Assembly (NCBI GenBank): GCA_029717555.1
Contig: JAMDHS010000093.1
Span: forward strand, 1-64,000
Length of the DNA: 64,000 bases
Origin: Peribolospora baueri
Taxonomy: Eukaryota
Reading direction: 5' to 3'
How positions within the stretch are numbered: the stretch's first letter is position 1; each line of letters opens with the position of its first letter. Positions 1 to 10,800 of the stretch are shown here, piece by piece. The notes beneath the pieces were generated by a model. That model saw only the letters and a program-made list of their open reading frames with translations. It did no database searches and was not told where the DNA came from. Position numbers and translations under genes: made by a program.

Positions 1-33
1 TTTTTTTCGCCCCGCTTCGCTGAATTGGAATAG

Positions 34-1581
34 GACGGCGTTGATGTTGACTACGAGGACGTGAGTCACACGACCTCGTCGAGTGCGGCCCTCAAGGGCA
101 AGGGTAAGGGTCGAATGAGCTGACGAGGCCTTTCCCCTTCACCAGTTTAACGCTTTCAATGGAGGTACTGCCGAGCAATGGTGAGAGGAAAAAGTCCAGC
201 GTCGCGCTGACTTCGACGATCATTGACTCCCGCGTTCCTCTTCCCGCCGTTGCCAGGCTCATCGACTTTACTACCGAGCTTCGTGCCCAGCTGCCCGATA
301 ACCAGTACATCATCACTCACGCCCCCGTGGCTCCCTGGTTGTGAGTCAATCAGCGGCGTCGGCGACGCGCATCTTCATTGCGCCAGAGCTGACGCCCACA
401 ATCTCCCATCCTCCCTCTTGCCCCATGTGCCTAATTATTATTAGCCGCAACGGTGAGTTGTCGGCTCTTTCACGTATTGCCTGAACATTTAAGAGTGAAA
501 ACTTTCACTGACGGCTTGTTCAATCCGTAGATGGCTATTATTCGGCCGGCGGTTACCTCAAGATCGACTCGGCTGTCGGAAGCTCCATTGACTGGTACAA
601 CGTTCAGGTTAGTTAGCTTTGCAGACTCTCTCCCTTTTTTTTAGGCACTCAAGCGCTCTTTCTTTTCTGCGCCCTCAGTTCTACAACCAGGGTACTACGG
701 GCTACACGACTTGTGGCGACCTCGTCACCAAGTCGACCACGGCGAATGGTACCTCCATCATGGAGGTGAGTCACGCGTAGACCTGGAGCGCTCATTAAGA
801 TGAATACAACAAGTGCACGTCCTCACCTCTACTACTCGTTATCAATGCACCCTTTTCGTTCGTTTAGATCGGCGCCGCTGTGGGATTGGTAAGTGGTGTT
901 CTCAATGGGTACGCTCAGGTGGCAGGCAGACAGGCGTGCTTAACGGGTGCCGTCGACCGCGCTTTTCTTTCGCTCTTAGGATAAGGTTGTTCTCGGCAAG
1001 CCGGCAGACGCCAGCGAGTGAGTGTCCAGTCTAGTGTACAAGCACGCGGAGATGCGGAGACAGAGCTGACCTTTCCCCTTCCCCTTCCCCTTCCCCTTCC
1101 CGAATCGAATCATTCATCCCGCCTCGTCAAATAGCGCTACGAACGGCTACGTGGACGAAACTACCCTCGCGACGTGTGTCTCCCAGGCAAAGTCGGACGG
1201 CTGGAATGCCGGCCTCATGCGTGAGTTTTGCTTTCCTTTCCTTCCCCGGGGACGTGCGGCGCGCTCACCTTTCCTTCTTTCCCCTGCGGCGACGCGACGA
1301 CGACGACGACGACGACGAATTTATTTTTTTCCCGCCCACCTCAGTTTGGCAGTAAGTGGCCCTGATCCTGATCGAATCTGCTCGGCCATTCCCAAAGTTT
1401 CAAAACACTGACTGACGTGTGCTCCTTTGGCATGCACCGCCGCTCCTTTTCAGATACCCCGACGAGCCCGCGGACTTCATCACCACCGTGAGTGATTTCC
1501 ATATTCTTTTTTTCGCCCTTTCTCACCGTGCCTCGGCCGGCTCACTTTTCGTCGATTCGCCTGTGACAGGTCTGGGGCTAA
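34..1581 (+). CDS. GH18 chitinase, 3' portion (5' end lies outside the window)
   Basis: Spliced exons 34-60, 146-180, 257-340, 445-452, 531-607, 679-765, 868-888, 980-1017, 1135-1220, 1345-1351, 1454-1487, 1570-1581 read DGVDVDYED (DxDxE catalytic motif)...ITHAPVAPWF...IDWYNVQFYNQ...KVVLGKP...GWNAGLMLWQYP...VWG*. All introns are GT..AG. Confidence 0.92.
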
Positions 1582-2481
1582 GCGCTCGCTCGTCATGCTC
1601 ACTCACTACGCCGCTCCGACCGACCGACCGACCGATCGATCGAGAGCGACACTCTGCACCTTCTCCTCTCGTCCGCCTCGATGGCCTCTCTCGCCTGTCA
1701 CCGCCTCCCTTCTCGCCCAGACCCGAAAACCGTCTCTTCCCCTATCGCGAGGTCCTGCGTAACTTTTTTTTCTCTTTCTTTTGGTTCTGCGTAGCTTGTA
1801 TATACCAAATGGGAAACGAGAGTGGCAGAAGGTGCTTGCAAAGGATTCGTTGCGCATATCCCCGGTGTAATGTGCCCTTCTGAGCCACTCAACTCTCCCG
1901 ACGAGACTTCGAACGTTGCGCGCGCGCCTTGATCCACCAAGTGCGTTTCGACTTCCGCCCACTCGCTCAACACATCTTCGCGCTGTCCACTTTCTCCCGG
2001 ATCGACTGGTCAAACTCTGTGAATTACTCTGAGACCTTGTTTATGGACACACAGGCTTCTTTGGTCTCGTCCCGTGGCTGGTGTTGTTGATAGGAGAGAG
2101 ACGGGAAGGAAGTGAGAGGCAAAGAGAACGAAAAACGGTGGCGCATGCAAAAAGTTAAAAAGAAACGGTGGGAGAGCCGGATGCACAGAAAGGAAAGGCT
2201 GAAAGAAAGGGAAGGTGGAAGGATGGACGGACGCGCGAGCCGGCCACCGAGTGGAAGGCAAGTGCGGAAGCGAAGGAGCGAACAGAAGGGTCGGGAAACA
2301 CAATACATCAAGTACAAGTGAAAGAAACAGATTTCGGTAAATCAAATGGGAAGGACCAAGTAGGTCGAAATGAAATCATGACAAGAGGGATATGAAGGAA
2401 GACGACGTCTTCGGATCGTTGAAACCGCTGTAAGGTAGAACCCGGCGTAGGATAGAGCGGAAAAGGACTGGTGGGTGGCGA

Positions 2482-4805
2482 TCACCGCGACGAGGAGACG
2501 ATGGATGCCCATCCTGTAAGAAGCAGAGGGGCATGCAAAATAGAAGATGGTCAGTAATGCGCCGCTGTATCGGTCGAACCATGCGTAGGACGAAACGCTG
2601 CGTCGGCAGGATCCAAGCTCACGGCCATCCGGACACGACGATGGACTCACCAGGCTCGTACTCATCATCGCTCGCATCTAGCTCGCTAGGACTCAGCGTT
2701 CTTCCGACGGGTAGCTCAAAGACGCTCCTCCTCACACTTCCCGCTCTCTGTATCCCTCCTCTCAGCGAGCCGCCGCCGTTGCTATTGGGAGACATTGGAG
2801 GCGAGGCGGGGGAAAAGAGTGAGGTCGAAGGAGAAGGACCGGGAGCAGAAGACGAGCGAAGGAGGCCGTCATATGTTGAGGCGGACGCGGGAGGAGGGGG
2901 AGGGGGAGAAGTAGGAGGCGGAGCAGGGGGAGCTAAAGCGGTGTGATTTCGGCGGGGCGAACGAGGCGGACGGTTAGGGGAACTGTCTGATATCCTCGGA
3001 GCGAAGGAGGAAGATGCTCCAGGCGACGCGAGACTGTCGCGGCTTGCACTGCTCGGGCCTGGGTCTGCACTTGAACGGCTGGGCAGGGAGGAGTCCGGTT
3101 CGCCTACATCAACGGGCACGGGAGCAAAGGCGCCTCCGCCGATGGCCGGGGGGTACAAGGAAGGGGCCAAAGAATCGGAATGGGGTGACGAAGGTCCTTC
3201 CCAATCGTCCTCCCGACCACTGGTATGCCCGTGAACCGGAGCCTTCGCCGTCGACTCGGCAGTCGGAGCCGTGTGGTACTCCACCCTCACCTTTCCATCG
3301 TCCAGCAACCCATCTTCGGCGTCCACGCCAGATCCTCGTCGAGGGGGAACGGTGCTCGGGGGATCGGGAAAGTTGGGGATGAAAGGCGAGGGGGCTACTG
3401 AGGAGAGACCTGGTGAAGGCGGTTCAATTTCGACCCCCTCGATAGACGGTATGGGCGCGGTGGGCGCGGAGGGCAGAGAAGGAAGTGGGGTGGAGGATGA
3501 TTCTCTTGCGCGCGAAGGCAGGGGCGTTTCTGGGCCAGTGCGAGGCGTCATATCTGGCACGGAACCGAGAGCTTCGGCTGTCAGCGGCATTGTCGGCGTC
3601 GTCCTGCCTTCCGGCTCTGCCCTCTCCTTCGTGCGCTCATCGTCCTCTGTTGCCGGATCCTCCCTGAATTGGAGGGAGCCGTTCACGCTCAGCTCGGCCA
3701 ACTTGTCATCCAGCGAAGCCAATGGCGGCGTACGCTGAAGTGACAATCCGCTGGCCGCGGTCATGGTCTCCAACTCCCCAGGATCCCGACCTTCGCTAGC
3801 TATGCTACCCGTCTCGACGGCGACACTGCTTGGTGTAGCTGTGCCGCTTCTAGACAAGGCTGCCCCGGCCGTCAAGCCGCCTGCCAAACCAACGCTGAGA
3901 CCGCCAGCGGCGGCGGCGGAGGTGGAGGACGACGCGGAAGAGGCGGAGGTGGGAGGAGGGTGGACGCCTAGAGAGAGGGAGGAGCGATTGGACGAAGTGG
4001 TCGCGCTCGTGGGTGTGTCGGATGACGCTGAGCGCATGGACTGCGAAGATAGCGATCGGACAGGCATGTCCGAGTAGGAGCGTGTGGGCGAGACGCCTCC
4101 GCCTGCAAGAGCGCCAGAAGAAGCAGAGCCGGGAACATCAGAAACCTTCATCAGAAACGAGGGATTGTGCGCCTTTATAGCGCAAAAATTGGCAGCAGCA
4201 CAATTATCGTTCGTGCGCCCAACCTCATAAGGGGGAGGAGGGATACGCTTGCGGGAAGGGACCCATACTCACGCTCAGATCCTTCACCCGCCCCAGAGGA
4301 GCTCGCCGTCTGCCTCCACCCCGGGCTAGTAGGCCTGCTCGACCTCATTCCATCTCCATTAGCGGCGTTACTACTGGTACTCCTCAGTCTCAATTCTTCC
4401 AAAGCTGCGGTCCTTCCCAACCCGAGTTCCGCGGCAGGAAAAGCCTTCCTGACATCTCCCTTCGTAAGCGGAGCGGGAGCCCCAAAAGCAGACTTGGGAA
4501 GCAAAGGAGCCTCGGAGGGAGCATCAAAGCGCTTGGCGCGGTCGCGAACAGACTGAGAGGCGGAGAGGCCTCGATCGTTGAAGGTGGAGCGGGAAGAGCC
4601 TGGTGGGGAAGTTGGATCAGCAGATATGTTGGAGTTGGATTTGCGTTGCAAAGCAGCGATTCGCTCAGCAAGAGAGGAGGTCTGGTTGGACTTTGACCTG
4701 CGGGAGAAGGTAGGACCGGTGGGGCAGAATAGAGGGGAAGTGAAGGACGCTCGTGAGTGCTACCTATTGCAAGACACCCTCTTCTCTTCCACCCTGTCCT
4801 CACAT
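2482..4805 (-). CDS. Uncharacterised disordered Ser/Pro-rich protein, about 636 aa
   Basis: Exons 4805-4804 (AT), 4697-4273, 4102-2651 and 2513-2482 join in frame (1911 nt). The protein starts MSKSNQTSSLAERIAALQRK, has a poly-Pro tract and ends DDEYEPGWASIVSSSR*. Donors are GTGAGG/GTGAGT and acceptors are CAG. Confidence 0.75.
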
Positions 4806-6072
4806 GGCAAATTAGCACCCCGCGCGTGGAGAGCGCGCGTCTAATCAATGAACGTGAGACTGACGAGGAAGAGGGTGAAAGGATGAAGTGGGTGGTGGGA
4901 GTGGTGAGAGTGTGTATCGCTAGCCGGAAGGAGTGCTAGCGACGGCGCCGGGGAAGGTCGCCTCTGCCGCAGCAGCATCTCGGCTGCGGCGCGGGCCTCC
5001 ACGACTCACACACGACTCGGGCCTGCTCGTCTTTCCTACGTCCTTCCTCGCCCCGTCCGTCCTCCTCCATCCTTTTCGCTCTCCTCAGATCTTGTATTGG
5101 CAGTCAGTGTGAGGGAGAGGTGGAATTTAAAGAGCAGGAGAGTGTGAGCGAGTGTGGACGGCTGAACAGGCGACCGGTTTGAAGCGACTTGTGTGTGGAA
5201 CAGTGAGTAGGGAGCGATGGAAGGCTGTCCGATTCGTTGCATCTCTCATGTGTTGAGAGTGTTGCGTGAGTCGTGCCCGCCCAAGGCTTGACGCTGAGAT
5301 TGCGCAGGTAAGCACCGACCTCTTCTTTAACAAGCCCGTCCAGTCCTCGTCGCCGTGCCCACCACAACGAGCTACGTCGACCTATGTTTCGTGCCACTTC
5401 CGGGCTTCTCATGTTCTGTTCGGACAGGCTGACTTGTGCAAGGCACTTGTCAAATAAGCCAGTCAGTTCAACTCTCGAATCATGGCATGCGCCAACATTG
5501 TTGCGAAGGTCAAGCCCGCGCGAGCTGCCTGCCTACGAGACATAGTCCAACCGCCCTCCATCTCTTCACCTGTCATATTCATCGTCGGCCAGGCTGGACT
5601 TGGATAGCAACCTTGAATATAGAAAATAAGGGAAGAAGGGTAAAATACAGGAATGATGATAGCGAGCGAGCCATGGGGAGGACGGCGACACGGTGAGGTA
5701 ATACTGGCGGTGATGACGATCCGAAGACGAAAATGTCGCCGCTCGGAGTACGAAAGCGACCAGACGCCCGCAGAACACCGGTCAAAACACGTTCACCAAA
5801 ACGGCCATACACCAACCTTGACGATAGCAAAGCGGAAGGCCGATCAGGGCCGCACGACGGACAAGAGCAAGCTGAAGGTCTACCTGAAATTTGAAGCTTA
5901 ATACCAGTAATATATGCTGGTTCCGTTTACAAGCAAAATGGGATGGCCCGACCGTGCAGTTTGCACGTGAGGTGGATCACGTGATTCCGATGATCACTCG
6001 CCGTGTAAATGAAGCGATAGGCGAACCTCGGCCTCGCCATCTTGCTCTGCACTCACCACATACTTTCAACCC

Positions 6073-7564
6073 ATGGCGACGCCCCGTAGACTACTCGCAG
6101 AGATGTGCGAGGACGACGAGCGGCTGTTCGAAAAGTCCACCAGCTTCTTGCGCCGCGCAAAGGTCAACAACGGCAAGGGAAAGGCCGTTGACGTCGGTGA
6201 CCAGGCTCTCCCTCCTATTTGCGCCTTCCTCGCTTCTCGAGCGTGCGTTGTCGTCGGCTGGCTGAGAAGCTACCATTTGTTTTCAGTTTTGCTTATATGC
6301 ATTGCTTTCATTTCTTTTACTCGAAATGGCTTCATCTCTTGCCAGCCTCAGAACAGCTCGCGTGCTCATCGATCGCCAACGGGCCCAACTTGCCTCCTAC
6401 CTTTCGAAGCCCGATTTCGACCGTGCCGTCTCAGCTCTGGAAGACCTTCTACTTTCTCAAGGCTCTTCTCCTTTTTCCACCCCATCCAGACGATCTCGGA
6501 CTGGTAGCACATCTGGTACACCCAGCGCATCCGGCACGCCCGGATCGAAGAGGAAAAGGGAGGATGGAAGGGTGGAGAGCGGAACGGGGACAAGGCCTGT
6601 CTCGTCCATGGTGGTTTTGGGAGAGGTTGTCAGCGATACGGAAAAAGAGGAGGAAAAAGAGGAGGGCGGTGCCGCACCGCGCTCTTCTTCTAAGCGGAGG
6701 AAAGCGTCTCGAGCGTCCCCGATTACGCCGACCAAGTCAGCCCGCTCGCAAGATGAGCAGACGCCACCGTTGGGCGTGTGGAGATCAGCGGACAGCTTGA
6801 ATCGATCTTCACTGCGTTCTCGAGGGTCCGAGGCATCATCATCTTCTCCTCCATACAAACGCACGACGCTTCCGACCGAAACCTCCGCTCGGTCGCGGAT
6901 ACGAACATACGGCAAGAAAAGGACGACACGCTCCTCAGCGTCACCGCCGTCGTCGTTACGGACAACACCAGTGGCTCGTGGCCTTGTCTCTCCGACAAAG
7001 CCTTCCCCGCTTCGACAGGCCGTCGATCTGTCCAATGTCGACCGAGATGAGCACCGCTCGCCGACCTCAACGCCCCGGGCCCGAGCACGCTTCTCTCGCG
7101 TTACTGCCGATACTACGCCCACGCCGAGAAGGAACGCTCGAGCGGCTGCATCGGCAGCTCGAAAAGATCTGCAATTGCGCGCTGGAAGGGTTCCTGCTAG
7201 TATCGACGGCGGCAGGCCCAATGCCATGGATGCGGTCAACGACGGCAACGACATCGAGGAGGCACCGGGGACAGAAGAGGAATTGGAGGAGGACGATTTA
7301 GCCTTGACAGCTTCAGATCTTGGCAAAATCAAACCTCCCGATTTCTCCAAGTTTGTTTCCGCCCGAGCGACCACCGCCAGCATTCCTCAGCGGGGAAGCC
7401 GTCCACGGAGGAGGTACCCTTTCGCCCTCGTGGACGACCCGCTCGTAGAGCCGGAGTCAGGCGCTCTGCAGAGGAGAATGAGGAAGGCCCTTGCCGTCCT
7501 CATGGATGAGAAGACCGGATGTCTCGGATCTTCTTCCGGCCTCGCTGTGGGCGATGGAACGTAG
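6073..7564 (+). CDS. ORC6: Probable origin recognition complex subunit 6-like protein with a long disordered C-terminus
   Basis: Exon 6073-6242, intron 6243-6345, exon 6346-7564. The N-terminus FLRRAK...LPPICAFLASRAL...IDRQRAQLASYLSKPDFDRAVSALEDLL resembles the fungal Orc6 N-terminal domain. The tail is rich in S/T-P and basic residues. Confidence 0.6.
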
Positions 7565-7697
7565 ACGACGGCCGTGCGGCGGGCTTCCCCCGTCCGTCGC
7601 AATGTTACATGTAACGCCTTCTTCCTGTCCGTTATAGAAATTTTGAGTTTGAAGGTATTTCCCGGCATCACGCCCTTTAACCCGTCCGTTTCTCTTC

Positions 7698-7741
7698 GCT
7701 TCTCGCACATCAGAGATTAGCTTCTCGCACATCAGAGATTA
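7698..7741. repeat. Perfect 22-bp tandem duplication
   Basis: GCTTCTCGCACATCAGAGATTA at 7698-7719 and again at 7720-7741. Confidence 0.95.
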
Positions 7742-7807
7742 TGATCGCATGAACATGCTTTGTTGGATTAATACAGGCTGTGTCGGTAGAAGCGCCTTAG
7801 AACGAGT

Positions 7808-10800
7808 TCACTCGTCCTCCTCGATGGTATGCGCCTTGAGCCAGTCGTCCAGATCATCATCGAACTCGTCGTCGTTGTCTCTCAGATCGTCTCGCTCCCC
7901 TCGAACGGCTGATTCGGCCGGTTGTTCGTTGACATTGGCCTGTTGGTTGCGAGAGTTCAAAACACCTTCCACTGACGGCAGAGATTCTTCATCTTCGTCC
8001 AAGTTTCCCATGGCGGCCTTTTCTAGACGCAGGCTGAACTGATCGTCGCGTGGAGCGACGAAGTTGGTGCCTGCGTACTTATTCAAGTCCATGTAGGCTA
8101 TCCGCGGAGCACTCGGCGAATGTCTGACACCGCCCGAGTCGGCCCTTGTGTCGGCCTTAGACACGTCCACGGCTGTCGCATTACCCGTGCGCACAACCTT
8201 CCTCGAGAACTGCTGGCCTTCAGCATCCGACGTTGTGGACCTGCGGCGCCTGATGGGCTTCGCCTGTGGACGGTGATCGCTGGACTGGAGAGCTGGCCGA
8301 TTTCGCTCCATTCCTTCCCTCGCCACATGTACGGCCAACTTTTCGACCGCTACCGACGCCGCCGCCCTCGGCCCAGTGGACGGTTGGGTACAGGACCGCT
8401 TTTTGGTCGGCGGCGGCTTGGGCAAGCCCTCGCGGCAACTAGAAGCACGGGTATGCATTCTAGTATGATTCGCTGAGTGATGGAGCTCGCAGTCGCCTAA
8501 ACTCACCATATGTGACGACAGCTCGTTCGATCTTTGCAAAGGTGGCGGCATCGATAGTTTCCGTTCGGAAGCTGAATGGGAGCCTCCTGAGCCTCGGCGG
8601 ACACCCGCCGTGCCGACTCGCGCTGCTCAAGACCTTGCTCGTATTCATTCTGAACGGTCAGATCCACGGCCCGCTCCTCAAGGTCGGATTCGGCAAGCAT
8701 GTCGATGTCCTCGTCTTCCAGCTCGTCGACTATCGTCAGCTGACAGACCCAAAGCCTGTCAATGAATATTTGTGGAGGTAGTACAGCAGCAAAGCAAACT
8801 CACCGTTTCGGACTCAAGGTCCGGCCCTGGCATCGTATTTGGAGTAGGATACGATGTGGAGAGCACATTGGGCACGTATTGGCAACGCGCTGCTGCCCCA
8901 GCGATCTCTGCTCGATCGGTTGACGTGTCAGTGAGATACATAACGTTGAAGCGATTCCAATCACCACTACGCACCGTCGCAAGCGCAAATGATATTGACC
9001 CTTTGCGAAGGCCGGCTGAGCGTAATATGAAGTTCGAACGTTTTTGCATCGACAAGTTTCTTGACGCTGCCAACCGCCCCAGAACCGAAAGTGTCAACCG
9101 GCGAGGTTGAAGGTGAGATGATCTCAAGGCTCGCTCACGGCATGCGTCTGAAATCGATAAACTGAGCCCGACACGCCAGACAAAGAGAATTCCAACGATG
9201 AGCAAGGTGGGACGTGGTGCGTAAGGGCTCAGAGAATAAGGACCTACCTCGTTGTCCGAAGACACGGTCAATACAGACGCCTGATAGAGCGGCCGACCCT
9301 CCTTCGGCCTCGTCTTCATCTTTTTGTGTGTCACTACCCTGACCACTACCGAGATAACCACTTCTACAGGCGAGTCGGCTGATCCAACTTCAACACTGAT
9401 CTCCTGCACGGACAAAGCAAACTGCGGGAATGCTGCCGCGGCTTCAACAATTTTCTGACCGTACGGTGCGTTACGGTTCAGGAGCTAGTGGGCACGGGGT
9501 ACAATTCCTAATCAGGCTTGCGGAGATTTCCTTTCGACCACTGCAGCGCTCACCATTTGTACACGGAGCGGGTCCGCTTTAGCCAGGTCTTGTAGATTGT
9601 TGATGCCGGCAGCAGCGAGCGCCTTGATAGACTTCTCGCCTGTCGAATGTGGAAGTGAAATTTGCCTTCAACCGTCGCTATACGCGTATTCTGTTCCTAC
9701 ATGCCGAAGCTCACCTATGCTCTCGATTTGACGAAGCACCACCGGAGAATTATCCCAAGCTTTGGCGCTTAGAGAGCGGACTCTGTAAATCCGTCGAGGA
9801 AAAAATTCTTAAATAGCAGCACAGATCCATACGATCATGCGGGGAAACATGATCACAGTTCGAAGGCATTCTTGACGATAGCGCCGTCTTTCCTAGCTAT
9901 GGCAATGTCCATAATGGCTTGACCACAGCAGAGAAAGGCCGTTTTAAGGATGACGAAGAAACGTTAACGAAGGCTCTAGGCCATCAACTATACCTTTAGT
10001 TATCCTCGAAGCATGCTATGCAAGCGAAGGACGTCAGCTTCATATCCACTGCTAGGACCCGTTGAAAGCATTTACTCACACGAAAGCATACAAGCGCGTC
10101 TCCCATAGGATTATTCAGCGTGCTTGCACCCTCCTTCGGCCTGAGCACCTCCGAGAGCGAAAGCCCCGCCAGGGTACCCTGAGAATAAGAAATGGCCGAG
10201 AATTAGTGAGTAGATACTGGACCTGATCAGAATCGCTCAGCCGTTGAAAATACAAACAAAGGCTCACCTGAATAAGTAATGACACTTTGTCAGCCACACC
10301 GTTCACTTTCTGCGGAGGGTATCGGACCTCCTGATGGATCCTCAGTTGGTTGTAAAGATGCTTTTCGCCTTGGCGTAGGCGGATATCGTCGTATTCTTCA
10401 GCCATCGAAAGCATCTCAAGCTTGATGAAGGCGTGCCTCGTGAGCAAGGTTGCACGCGGCATCGCGCGCAGATCATTCGCCTACTCACGATCTCCCGCAT
10501 GCTGGCCTTCTCCTTGAGTCCCATGAGCTTGAGCATTGTCCCATACCTAGCGGGACAGGCTGTGAGCCTGATTTCATCATCACTGCAAACTTTCTCGCGA
10601 AGACAAGAGGACGTGTACAAAGACAGTTCGCACCTAAGGTAGTATTTTGACATGATATCGCCCATGTCCGTTGAGCCCACCGCCGCGCGCACGTCAAACC
10701 CGTTGCCTTGATCAATAGCACCGTCAATGAGAGCATTCTGCTGTAGGTTCTTGATCGCATTCAGACATATCTTCTGTAGACGCTCCTCTGGTGAGGCATT

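Noticed and set aside
1072..1320. (CCCCTT)n and (GAC)n runs
   Set aside because: Ordinary intronic microsatellites.
2010..2395. Lys/Arg-rich and hydrophobic ORFs
   Set aside because: Translation artefacts of a purine/pyrimidine-skewed 3' UTR.
5036..5901. Short ORFs and splice-like signals on the minus strand of the divergent spacer
   Set aside because: No coherent spliced ORF or family motif. Could be UTR exons, but this cannot be supported from sequence alone.
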